Assembly (NCBI GenBank): GCA_963924565.1
Contig: OZ004611.1
Span: 30,132,001 to 30,196,000, forward strand
Direction of reading: 5' to 3'
Length of the DNA stretch: 64,000 nt
Origin: Ascidiella aspersa
Taxonomy: Eukaryota
Shown: piece by piece, positions 1 through 12,600 of the stretch
Position numbering within the stretch: position 1 is the stretch's first letter
Layout of the letters: each line of letters starts with the position of its first letter
Position numbers and translations under genes: made by a program
Notes under the pieces: model-generated
Database searches by the model: none
Told to the model about the DNA's origin: nothing
Seen by the model: the letters and a program-made list of their open reading frames with translations, nothing else

Positions 1-294
1 TCTTACTTAAATAAGCACATACCTTTGCTCAGATTCATTATTATACATGTTGCGCGCTAAGCATATTTCTCCATATTTCGTATAGGCTATACTTGCGATT
101 TTTTATTCACACATTTACGCGAATATCTATTCATCAGGAAAAGGTTGTGATCAGGGGTGGATCCCGTAATTATATTAGAACCCGAACTTTAGAACCGCAG
201 TTTGGCTACCTTTGTCCGCACATGTTCAAGCTTTCTATTTATCATTTAAAACAAAATCCGTTAGGTGGAGCACAAGAGTCGCTTCACATGCATT

Positions 295-615
295 GTAGCA
301 ACCAAAAGCCTTCGACAGATTAAGACTGAACGAGCAAGATACAAGCAGGGCAGGCGAGATAAACAACTAGCCTACAGTGAGGTTAAAACTCACGACTTCC
401 GGCCATACCGGGACCGTCGTTCTACCAACAGAGCTGCACACTATACAGGCTCAGAGGGGAGCAAGTTGAGAAACAACCATAGAATTGCTGTCAGCTTCAG
501 CCTATGCACGTTTGTATATATTCCTCATTGTTTGCAACAATACCGTTCACAGATAGTAGGTTTATTGTATTTTATTTAGATTCGGTTAGTCTGCGATGGC
601 TCTCTGTGTACTAGG
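295..615 (-). mobile_element. tRNA-containing repeat family, copy A (tRNA-like module ~369-450, minus strand) with an inverted fragment at 578-613
   Basis: Matches the copies at 51.7, 56.4 and 59.3-60.0 kb (GCCTACAGTGAGG...CATACCGGGACCGTCG...CAGGCTCAGAG...GAGAAACAACCAT). Confidence 0.8.
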
Positions 616-2691
616 ACCTTAAAATGTCGGAATACGACCTAACCAATCAGAATTAGGCCTATACAACTTTATACCATACTCAAAACTCCACCCCAAAGTA
701 CATCAATGCCCTAATATTTTCAACCCTAACCCAAATCGTAACCCTCCACCATTTCCAGTCCCATAACTTTGTGCATTTGTATGGCCAGTTTATGTGCAAA
801 ATAATCTGCCCGACATTTCCTTGCTTTCTTGCGCAGCGATTTCAGCATTATCTTTGTTTCTCTTAAAGCACGAACAGCAGCAAAAATACAGGCAATAGTA
901 GCGGAAAAAACTAAAAATATGCGCGCAAAAGAAATACTGGAAAACGAGCGACTAAGAGTCGTATATATATAAAGGTTTTTGCCCAAAAAGTAAAAAGGAT
1001 TCAAATTTTGGCGGTCGTACATTTAACTAAACTTAGTCTTGTCGCACCAAGTTTTTGGTCGAAAAACGGTAATCAGCTTATTTACGGCAATTTCTATGTA
1101 TACTATAGAAAATGTCTGTAAAAGGCGACAGCAGTAACAAACAATAACGACTAACAACAGAAAAACGACAATAACAAAAACAAACAAAAAATTGCTCGGC
1201 TGTTATGCTTTTCAAGCAGTTGGCAAAAGGAGAACGAAATCTAGAATGGCTGGCAGAAAAAGCGAAGAGCTTTCTACCGCAAAACCAACAACATCAGTTT
1301 GACAAAAAGCAAAGCAAAACAATTGTCTAATTTGTTAGATGCACTGCAGGGATGTAATGCAACAAATTAATATTTGTTATTAGCGCTTGCATTGTAGGCT
1401 GTTTACAATAACTCAATCATCAGTGTTAGGGTTATTTGAAACGTTTTTTGGGGGGTTATAAGCAAAATACGACTAATAGAGCTTTGATCTAGGGTTAGGA
1501 TTGCAAAAGCTGATAGGTTCGGGGTTTAAACATCAAGGGTTGACGAGAAACACTAGATTGGGCTCAAAATGCGGTAACAAGCGCAAAACACAGCACGTAT
1601 TGTTTATTTGATATGGCACAAAATAGACAGTAGGACGATCTACATTCGTTTAAACCGGGCTTGTTTAATCACTAATGTGTCAGTTTTGATATCGTGCTGT
1701 TTATTAAAAAACAAAAGATGTTGCGAGGAGCGTTAAGTCACCCCTATAACCCATACTATTAAGATACGGCGTATGTCTTTGAAATGGCTGAAAATATTTA
1801 CTTTTTGGCCATTTATATGTGGAGTAACTACTTATAAAAGCTTTTGCGCTAAGTAGAACTGTAACAACAACATAGAATGGAAACTGTTTGTACGATTAGT
1901 ACCAAACTTGAAACTGACGTTGTACTTTATTTGAATGATTAATTTACAAAGTACTACGTCTATTTTGGTAAATTTCGCGCAAAGAGTTGAACAACTAAAC
2001 AATTAATGCACCATTCAAAGACGTTTTATTACACTGGAGACCCGTCGAAATAACAAGGCATAAAATAACTGGGATTGTTATTCACGAAAAAAACAGGAAA
2101 ACCCCTTATGGTGAAAAACATCAAAAAACTAACGTAGAAATCAAATGAAGCGCAGATATAGGGTTCGAAAAAGGGACATTCGCCACAAATTTGTAAAGGT
2201 TTATAAGAATTTCTTAGAGATTCAAAAAAATGCAGTATTTTTTGTACGGGAGTAACTGCACGTTTTGCAGGTTGAGAACACAGGGATTCTTATAAAACAG
2301 TAAAAAAAGTGGATTTATTTTTAGTTACAGCACACGAAATAAAAGAAGGGATTTTAAGGATACAGAAAGAAAACGTTTAAAGTTAGAAAAAAGTGGCTAG
2401 TTTAGATGACATAAACGGAATTTTTTCAGTGGAAATTTTTTTTCGGAGATTTGAATTTCCGCACGTGGGCGCTAGTGGATTTTTTGTGGCAAAAAAATCT
2501 ACGAAAAAATAACAATTAAACGAGCAGAAATTCGCTTTTAAAGCGGATTTTAAGCTGACCGAGAGAGAGAAAAAAAATCCCTCGTGCTTTTTTCAGTTTT
2601 TATGCGCAACTCTCTTCTCTCGGCGCAGGAGCGATTCAAAAGAAGAATAAGACGAGTAAAGAGTCCTGATGGAGTCCCTCGCTCTTCAAGT

Positions 2692-3044
2692 CTACTCCAG
2701 CACTCCGGCACAAGTCTTCTGGTTCAATTTCTTCTCCAACTTTTTCATCTTCCTGTTCTTCGGCCACTTATAGATCACAGTCATGAAGAGTTGACCTTCG
2801 ACCTTGCGTCCCATCACCAGGAAGTATGTCTTCTTATTCTTCTTCCTCCCTTTACGTGTCTTGATCGGATCCAGGTCCGGGCAGTTGCATCCACGGCTGC
2901 TGAGGATCTGAACTTTGAGACGACGGAGCTCTTTTGCTTCCACCGGACCTTGCTTGAAAACTTTACTCTTTCTCCGTTTGAACTTCAGCTTTCTCTTCTT
3001 TTTGTTGGATGAAAGGCTGAGCCTCTTCACGATGGCTTTGATCA
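2692..3044 (-). CDS. sFRP1/5: sFRP coding exon 3 (NTR/C345C domain, ends at TAG)
   Basis: Acceptor TTTTCCTCCAG| at 3045; G+TG restores ASEF-V-IKAIVK. NTR motifs KVFKQGP, CNCPDL, YFLVMGRK, IYKWPK and a terminal Cys are present. Total CDS 550+72+353=975 nt (324 aa + stop). Confidence 0.93.
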
Positions 3045-6000
3045 CTGGAGGAAAATGGCAAAGGGAGTTTAGAAACGGAAAAAAATCAACACGTTTGAAT
3101 CCGTAAAATCCTCCTACCTGGGGAATCAGGGTTTACTAATTATATTGGTACTTTTATTGTAAATAAACTTATTTGTATAGGAGGGGTTTGAGATTTGAGT
3201 ACAATAAATGAAACATAATTAATCTCATTTTCAGAAGAAAACAATTGAAAAGAAAACGGTATTGTCATTTTGACAGAGAACGCTTTAAATCCTTAAAAAA
3301 CTTTAACGTTTGAAGTCGTATAAATTACTGCTTACTGAGGAATGAACGTTTTATCCTTTTTACCTATTTTATTCCTACTTTTATAGTAAGCTTGAAAATA
3401 TATTTGTATTCGGTTTGATTACATTAGATGCGCAATAATCTCATTTTCAGAACAACACAACAAAAAAAACGGTATTATCATTTTGACCAAGGACACTTGA
3501 AATTCTTGAAAAAAGAGAACAAAAATATGCTGATGGAAAAGTGCCAAAAAACGTCGCATTCCTCTTATTTGTCACGTCGCCGAATATTCATTTTTTTACA
3601 TTGACATAACCATAAGCAATTCGCTTCCAAAATAGTCAACCGTACTGTATTTCACAATTCAGCGGATTCAAAACCAACGACTGTTTTTAACGTCAATAAA
3701 CGAAGCTGGGTCGCTTTTCTGACGCCTGTCAAACTTGTTTGTCTAAACCTGCTGCGCAAACCAAATAAATCCAGAAAAAGCAGACGGACTAGGAATCTGT
3801 GACCCCGTGTATGTTTTGTAGACAAGGTGGACAAAAGAAAAATAGGAGGGATGATTATGCTGACAAGCAGAACACTGTTGGTGTGCACGTTGTGGGAAAC
3901 ACTTTTTGTCGACGAACCCTAAAAAGGCTCCCAAATCTGCTGATGGTGTCACAGACAAAGAAATGAAAAAACATTATGATGCTGAACACCTGAAGGTAGA
4001 TGTAGGCAAGCGAAACAATTTATTTCAGTTCGTGGCTAACGCTAATTGTGTTTAGCAAAAATCAGCCAAAGTTTATTTAGCTTTGATATTAGTCTCTCGT
4101 TTTTTGGATAAATGTTGCTTATAAGTAACCTTACTTTTCCCTGCTCCAATCAAAACAATATTATTTTTAGTTTTTAACAGAAATCATGCTTTACGCTATA
4201 TTTCTTTTGAAGATACCCTTTATGACCCACGCATCCTAGATCAAGTTAAAAAACAACAATTTTTTTTATTAGTGCAACAATTAACGAAAACTATTTGATG
4301 TGGCCCCAAACATTGTTTAAAAACATCTAAAAAATCGCTTTTTCGACAAACATGACATGTGCCAGAGGTAATAAAATAAAGAGTTAAAAACAAAATTGTC
4401 CAAATGCTATAATGTAACAGATGCATCTTCGGCCAGATGTTTAACAAACCAAAACCATATGATTCACTTAATCACATTTCTTTTGATAATTCTGTTTTTA
4501 AAATGGCAAACACAACATACGGGAAAATATTTATTTTGGGCCGCATACCAGAAATAATGCATTTCAGCCAGCAAATCGCAACACACTTTTGAAGCAAAAA
4601 CAGTTCATTGTGGGAGGCCTGCGATTTAACACTTTTAACTTTTAATATAGGCTTACTCGCAGAATTGGTAAACTTAAATGGGATTTTTGTTCGTTCGACA
4701 CCATTTTTTACAGAAAATTGCCAACAATTTTTGAGTCAACATTTCAAGGCACAACCAAGTCGTACAGCCCAAGACCACCGGGAAGTAGTTTTAAGTTGAA
4801 ACCTATCTGTTTTACCACGACGCTTATTGCTTTGTCAATAGACACAGACTTGACATTTGCGCTCGACAGCGCTTGATTGATTGGAGACTAACTGTTTCGA
4901 CCTGTACACATATGTATATATTACATATATATACAGCCACCTTTTTTACAGGCACGCCAAAGTCGCCTGGAATTTTAAAAGGCTTTTTTTGTTTTGGGCT
5001 ATTCAAGTCATTGCGTGAAAAAAAGCACTTTTTTGTGAGATTGTTGCGTATTGGTAACTTTGCTTTCAGTTTAGAATTTGTTTTAATAAGTTAGGAATAG
5101 AAAAAAATAAACTAAGCCATTGGCAAACCAATAAATGCGTCCATTAATCCTTTCACAATTCACTAGAAATTTCCTCCGTTCAGCAAAGAAAATAAACTAG
5201 ACATATATACGGCGCAAGTTGAATGGACGAAATTTTAATTATTTAAATTTCGTTCGTTTTTTAGCACATTTAACGCAGCGTTATTTTTTTATCCATTTTG
5301 CATTGGTTCTTCAAATGCTAATGACCCGAGTTTCTAGGAAACTTCTATAAAACTAGCCATACATAGATGACCAGGCCAATAAAAATTAGCTTAAGGCACG
5401 GTAAAAAAATAAAAAATATTAGCGGCACACTTTAAATAAAACAACATTTTAAAACCTAAAAATCATTTTTATGTTTTCTATAGGATAGTATGTATTTAAG
5501 TTTCACATGCTTGCCTGTATGCCAGCATAGTAATTAGCACATTTGCGAATCTGCCGAGGCACATAGCCTGAGAACCCCTGCATTCACGTCTCACCTAGCA
5601 TTGATGTAGGTCTCAAATAAATCTTAATATTTCCAAACATGGTTACATTGGTGCCACAAAAACCACTTGATTCTCACAACAGTTGCTACGTAAACAGACG
5701 CTGCAATTTGCAATTAACTGCTTGCGAAATCGCACACAGCCACTCAAACCGACACGATGAAGCATTTTGCGGCCGAGAAATGTTCAGGTGTTTTCCAACT
5801 TGCGTTATGCAAAGGCTGGAAAATTCCACATATTATAAAGTTGTACCGAGTATTGCTTTTCGCGGTTTGTATGAAGCAGCGCAGACTTAAGTGTGTAATG
5901 ACCGATTACTGAGCCAGCATACGCAAGTACAAAAGCGTGAGACATGAAATCAGGAAATTATGGGCAACTTTAGAGCTTAACACGTGCAAAATGGCATATT

Positions 6001-6552
6001 TGACATTCTGAGTAAGTGGTTTTGCGATTTTGGTAATTCCTATACATTAATCCAACAAATCAAAACCAATTTGTCAAAGGCTAACGCAGACAAGCAGAAA
6101 AAAATTATTTTTTTTCCAAAATAATTCCCTTTTTCAGGTTTTGTAGGAACAATTACGTCATTTAAACAACACCAGAATTACATAAAAAGTCGAGGTATAT
6201 GAAGCTGTCTTATTTACCAAGTATAATTTGCGTCTGTTAATTAACTACAATAAAAACTTCAGGTTAGATCTTTGTATGAAAAGACTCTAAATCACAGTAA
6301 ACCTTCCGAGACTATAGGGTTACGAATTGGAGCTTGATAACAGGAATTACAACACTGGTTTTACAAAAAACATATATATTTTGTTTGTATTAATTAATTA
6401 ATTAATTCCAAAGACACTTCCTTTTACATCTTTGTATAAAAATGCTGTAAAATTACAATGAACTACCGTGACTATAGCGTTACGAATTGGAATTAATAAT
6501 TGCAACAGTAGTTCCACAAAAACAGCTCCCAAAAAATGTAAAGTACCCCGCC

Positions 6553-7680
6553 TTACCCTTCAACGCCGTTGGGCCTGGGGTTAGCGTTCGCGGTCTCGTG
6601 CCGGAAAGTGGGTAAACTGGCACGCAAAATGCGACGCGCAATTGACATTAGGGGGCTAGGCCTCTCGTGGGTGTGACCCCAATTGGGGGCGATTTACCCC
6701 AAGAGGCCAAACCGGACGTGGGTTACGTGCGTAAAGTGGGGCGTACACGAGAGATCGGTCGCGCCCCATTGAAAACAGGGGGCTAAAAATACGCACCAAT
6801 GTTGGGGTTTCGATTCACCCCCGTTGGTTCACTCACCCTAACGTGCTACTGGGGCGTTTTTCGCACCCTTAAACCCCAAGTACCGGTATCCTGGGGCACC
6901 GCCCATTGTGTGGGGTTGAGGTGGGTGAGAAAGGCTCTTATATTTGCAAGATTTTAATTAAATTATCACAGTTAGGGGCTCTTAACCTAGGAAGAAAATG
7001 GTCCACAATTTCTTAAAACCTCAAACAACAGTTTCTATTTTCTATAAGTGCCCATTGCGTTGGGTTAGGGTGGGCGAGAAATGTTCTTTAGGGGGTTCTT
7101 ACTCCTAGGGGCCCCGGGACTACGTGGGAACATAAAATTCCAAAAAACCCTTAAAACCCCAGTTTCTATTTAGGATAAGTGTTCCTTGATAGGGCTAAAC
7201 CCCAAGTGCCGTCATCCTGGGGCACCGCCCATTGTGTGGGGCTATGGTGGGTGAAAAAGGCTCTTATAAAATTATCACAGTTAGGGGGCTCTTATCCCAG
7301 GAAGAAGAGTGTCTACAAATTTGAAAACCAAATCAACAGTTTCTATTTTCGCTGAGTGCCCCTTTTGGGGTTAAGGTGGGTGAGAAATCCCTTTAGGGGG
7401 TTCCAACACCTAGAACTGGCTCCAAAGAGAAATTAATTCTAAAAAAACTCGAAAACGTTAGTTTCTAGTTTAGCCGGGAGTGCCCCATGATGAGTTTGGT
7501 GTGGAGTTGGGTGAAAACGGTTCTTTAAAGGCCTATTATCCCTCAGGGCGGCGCCATAAGAAAGAAGTGGGTCCATAAAATTCCAAAAAACACTTCAACC
7601 TCAGTTTCTATTTTCGTTGAGTACCCATTGATGGGGTTAAGGGGTTAGGCTATTTTCAGCAGGGGTACTTGTCTTGGGGC
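6553..7680. repeat. G/C-run-rich complex repeat (probable transposon-derived satellite)
   Basis: AAACCCCAAGT...CCTGGGGCACCGCCCATTGTGTGGGG at 6871 and 7197. CAGTTTCTATTT...GTGCCC...GGGTGAGAAA blocks recur at ~7030, 7160, 7337, 7460 and 7603. Confidence 0.7.
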
Positions 7681-10600
7681 GTCGTCTACGATGTGTAAAT
7701 AGTTTCGCTGTAAAAGGCGCATTTTATGGTTAAACCCATCACTCGTTTTATTCGGTAAAGCTAACGCTGCATTTTAAATCCAGTTGTAATTAACCGATAT
7801 AAACTTGTTTTTCCTAATTTGTAAAGAAAGTTGTTCTAGGTGTAAAAACAGCAGAAAATCGAACTAATGTTTTTTTTCCAAAACAAACAGCATCAATATA
7901 GACTAAATGTTGTTTTTCACTAACATAAAAACGACAAATCAATCAAAGTTTATTTTTAAATCGCAAAACTAACTAAAATGTTGGTCTTTTAACAGCAAAA
8001 TCCAACTACGCCCAATTTCAACAAGCCTTGACAAATTTGAATCAGAGCCAAGCCATCTACCGCAGGGTAGCGCCAAAGCGCCAAAATAATCACTCTCAAA
8101 GGGAAGCGCTTGCTTTAATTATACTATAATAGGCAACAAACTAGCAAGCCACGACAGGCAACAATCGTGCCAGGCCTACCAGTCGCCCGCGGCTCGTCTA
8201 ATTACCGCTTTATGCGGTCCAAGCGGCATTCCAACGCCGCGGAACTGGTTAAGACGCAAGACTCCGGCGCCAATTTGCGCCTTGAATGTTTACGCGATTT
8301 CCTAAAGGCGGAAGTGTACGACCTGACAAGAGTAAAGTTGGCGGGAGGAAAGAAAGAACTTACAAGTAGAAGCTAGCGAGCGAATAAGAGACTGTGTCTA
8401 TTAACTAGCCAACGCTTTAACGTCAGTTCCGGTTGTGCCTCAGCGCGATTTTAAGGACATAAGTAATTTTACATCATAAACATGTATTGCGTCACCTATG
8501 CGTTTAGTAAAATACTTTTTAATAAAGGAAATTGTAGCGTAACATACAAAACTATTACAATATGGGACCTTGGTCAGAAAACTAAAATACAACTGTCTTA
8601 GAACTTTAAAAAATATATTGCCTTGTTGCATTTTTTCGGCGGAAATATCAAACGAAAAGTAAATTAATTGAGGTATTTGTTTTAATTTCAAAAATTTAAA
8701 TGATTTTAAATTCTGCGATTTGCAACACATTTCTACTAAACTCCTATGTTGCGATAAACGCTTGACAAACAAAAGCTAGTAAGCAATCAATGTTAGAAGG
8801 CAATTGTAACAGCAAAATAAACATATTGATTTTAATTTCTTAAATATGGACCATTCTTAGTGTGGTAGTAGTTTTCTTAAAACAAAAATCAACTTAAATA
8901 CGTTTATTTTGCTTTTATAACTGTGTGGTGACTAGCCTTGGTAACTATAAACGCCTGTCAATCAAACTGACGGGATTCCCAAGCTGGAAAACGACGAAAT
9001 TTCCACGACGGTCGGAATCCAATTTGGATCAGCTGGTTGCTTTGTTGACATTAGCTAACCGCCAAGGACTTTATAGGCATGTACAGCTGCTCTTGAAAAT
9101 CACAGCTATAGATACGGGATGCTCGTAAAACTGATAAAATTTTTGAAATATTATGTTAAACTCCATTACATTCATACAGTTGCTGTTTATGCCCTTGAAG
9201 AGTTTTAATAGCCACCTACTGTATAGATAAACTAAACTAGTTTATTCCCACTGTTGCGTTATTAACCTTAAAGTTTCTTTCTCTGTGTTCAAATCGACTA
9301 GTCTCCTATTTAGGCGCGTTTTGGCTCTGTGTTACACCATTACCGGTGAATTTACAGCGCATCTTACACAGACGACACACACCAGCCACAAGGGCGGTGA
9401 CGGAATTAAAAAAAATAGACGCAAGAGCTCGAGTGATAAGGAAATGTTTTGCACACTTTACATGATAAAATATAATAATAAATTATGAAGTTTGCCTAAT
9501 TCCTTGCTGTGTATTCACCATCGATAGGTCTACACTGCGGCTTCCACAGCCGGCAGACAAAAACCGCAAATTCCGTGAAGGAATTCAAAAAATCAAACTC
9601 AAGTTTTAAGCAACCCGACCTCACCAGCTTTGTAGCGAATTGTCGGGATTTTGGCTCTGTTTTCCCGCAAAAAAGTCGGCGAATCCCGAACCCAGCTGAC
9701 AGCGCATAGCCGTTGGTTTATCGGCGTTTCGACTTTCGCCAAAGTAGCGGAGTTGCTGCACGTTTTGCCGCAATGTCGTGTATTCGAGCGCACGACCAAA
9801 GGCCTTAAAAGGAAAGTGAGCAAGCGACTGTGGCTCTTAAATCGCTCAGATGGCGTTACGCACCAAAATGTTTTTGCCGTTTTGTCATGTGGGACCACAG
9901 CTATGCTAATGACTGCCGCTGCTTCGCGTAAAGGACACAAACGGGCCGTGCATTGAATTGTACAGTTTGAAAAACAACAATTGTACCGTTCTAAATTTCT
10001 GTTGAGTGTAGCTAAAAATAGGTATAATTAGATCTCTTTGAGGCAAGATATGTTTTACGTTGTGCTCTGAAGGGAGGATATAAATGTTTTTCTGTTTTTA
10101 CATGTGAGAACTTCGCGTTAACGAAATCAAACCCTGAATTGGCGAGTTGTAATTCTTTTGTATTTAAGAATATGTGTGAATATATCCATTTGCGGCAAGC
10201 ATAATATTTAGTTAAGTTTGTTCGGTGAAGGAAGGATATTAACTGTTGTTTTGTTTCACTATTCTGGTTTTAATGATCGCATTTTTTTACAATTTATTCC
10301 TTTTTTGACGGCCGCTATTTTGCGATAGTCAACTGACTTGGACAATAAACCTTTAACCACGAATTATACCCTTATTTAAAACATGAATATGAGTTTTGAG
10401 ATACAACAAGCATTTTAAAAAATTAAAGACATTAAACAAAATCGTAAAAATGAGTCTTATAAAGAGTGTACATTTGAAACTAAATCATTTGTAGTTCAAC
10501 ACTCATGTAATTCGCGCGCAAAAAACTAAGATTCCAGCGGTACATCCCAAAATATCGTTTAAACGCGCCATGCACAATCCGTTAAAAGTTTATATAACTT

Positions 10601-10949
10601 AGTCTGGTCGTGGTTTCAAATTGCAGACTTTCGCCGGACGAATCCGACAATTTAAGGATTAGTCGGTGCCGTCTACCCCATAAGCCTGCAATCTTTCGAC
10701 CGAAAAGGGAAGTGATTATTGAACAGGCGACCCGGGTAAATGACAGGTTATTAGGAATTGCGTGTGTATTCAATTAGAGGATTACTGGACTGATACGCTT
10801 GACCTGTTTTCAAGGACAGTATAAACGGTATTTTCAAAGCTCACACCGAAGTTGGTCCCATTGTGTGGTAGTTTGTGTTGTGATTAAATGAATTTTTCGA
10901 AACTTTTAGATATTGTGAAGATGACTTGTTCAAATGACCTGAAACGTAG

Positions 10950-11095
10950 GAACACTAAACACGGATATGTTCATAATCTTTAGTGGAAAGAGAGTATTTT
11001 ACCGCACTGACGATGGCATAAGCACTTGCCGGAACGCATGCTAATAAAATAATGAATCTTTTGTCATTTATTTGGGCTACTCTTTTTCTACTGAA
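10950..11095 (+). mobile_element. Second, partly deleted copy of the foldback/hammerhead-like element
   Basis: ACCGCA-CTGACGA-TGGCATAAGCACTTGCC-GGAA-CGCATGC plus right arm AATGAATCTTTTGTCATTTATTTGGGCTACTCTTTTT. 10950-10995 is the reverse complement of 12550-12595. Confidence 0.6.
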
Positions 11096-11231
11096 AACCA
11101 GTAACGTTCATTTACACAATGTGGATTCTGTGATCAGCCTTTCTGGAGTCGTATTAACCAATCAAAATGGCACACATATTATTAAACAGGAAGTTGAATT
11201 CTAAGACTTGTCTTGACAAGGATTTTAATCC

Positions 11232-11585
11232 ATTAATTGTAATTCCAGTTCGAATTTCAGTTTAATGTCATGCTTTTTTTGTACATTCGGCGTTTAAATG
11301 ATATTGTTAATAACGGAAAGCTGATAAACTTAACTAACAAGTTGTAAAAGTCTGTAGTCAGCAGCAACTACGCTGCGCACTCGCCATTGCCCTCTGTAAA
11401 GTTCCAATTTGAAGACTTGGATTAATTGTCATTCCAGATCGAATTTTTGTTGAATTTGATTTTTTTGTACATTCGGCTTTATACAGATATTGTTAAAACA
11501 GAAAAGCTGGCAAACCCTACTAACTAGTTGTGCAAGTCTGTAGCCAGCAGTCCCCGTCATTACACTGTGTAAACTCAAATTCGAT
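11232..11585. repeat. Tandem duplication, ~190-bp period
   Basis: TTTTTTTGTACATTCGGC...GATATTGTTAA...AAAGCTG...AAGTCTGTAG(T/C)CAGCAG occurs twice. Confidence 0.8.
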
Positions 11586-12431
11586 GTGCGAAACCTCGGC
11601 TTGACAAATCGTCTTGTTTTCGCGCGTCTCAAGTGTGAACTAGTCAGAGGTGCGTGCCTATCGGAAATCGCGGTACAGATGTCAAGAGCGTTTGGGCCAG
11701 ACTCGAGCTTTGAGTCAGCCGCTTGACAAACACAAGGGACGGATGTAGGAGTTAACACAGGGGTTCTTAGACTTTTTTTTACCGCTGGCCCCTAAATTCT
11801 CTTTTTGCCTCGTGTGGACCACGGTAGGCAAAAAAAAATTAAAAATGACGACATAAATTGACGTGTCATAGTACAAATAGACTTCATTAATCTGCTGATT
11901 TCGGTACAAAAATGTGAAATGGAGTCTAAATACATTCAGTGCAAAACCGTTTTATCTTTAATCAAACTGTTTTCTTTAAAAAAATGGTTACTTCGAACAA
12001 AAACGAGTAGGGGCAATATATCATTCCACAGATAAACTCACAACGTACTAAGGGGTGTTCACCCGCACAGAAGGGGTGTTCACCCGCACATATCCCCCAC
12101 AATAAAACCGTTTCTGCGGTGATTGAACCCACGCAAAAAGCAGCGCACAAAAGACTGTAAAAAAGGAACTAGCTGACTCACAACTCGCTCCACTCACTGT
12201 TGCCAGCTATCTCGGTCATCTCTGGCACACATTAAAGCACCCGGTAACGATTAATAACACCCCCGGATAGTTAGACGTTGTTTGCAGATTGGGGGTGGCC
12301 GATCCTGCCTTATCCGTTCGTCTGTATGTGCTTAAACCTGGGATATTATCGCTGCTTTGCACGCAATACTTGTAACAAGGCTTAAACCGGAATTCTAACA
12401 TCTTTCAAAGCAAAATTTAACTTTTTTGTAT

Positions 12432-12600
12432 GAAAAGAGTGGCCCAAATAAATGATAACAGATTCATTCTTTACCGCACTGAAGATGGCATAAGCACATG
12501 ACGAAACGTGTGCAAATAAAAGAATGAATCTTTTATCATTTAATTGGGCCACTCTTTTTCCACTGAAGATTATGAACAGATCCGTGTTTAGCGTTACGAA
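12432..12600 (+). mobile_element. Foldback element with hammerhead-ribozyme-like core (Penelope-like relic?)
   Basis: ~42-bp inverted arms (12432-12473 / 12517-12559) surround GCA-CTGAAGA-TGGCATAAGCACATGAC-GAAA-CGTG-TGC. Confidence 0.6.

Noticed and set aside
700-1500. Telomere-like CCCTAA/TTAGGG words
   Set aside because: Isolated hexamers, not tandem arrays.
2584-3106. Plus-strand ORFs of 142 and 63 aa
   Set aside because: Antisense shadows of sFRP exon 3; no recognisable domain.
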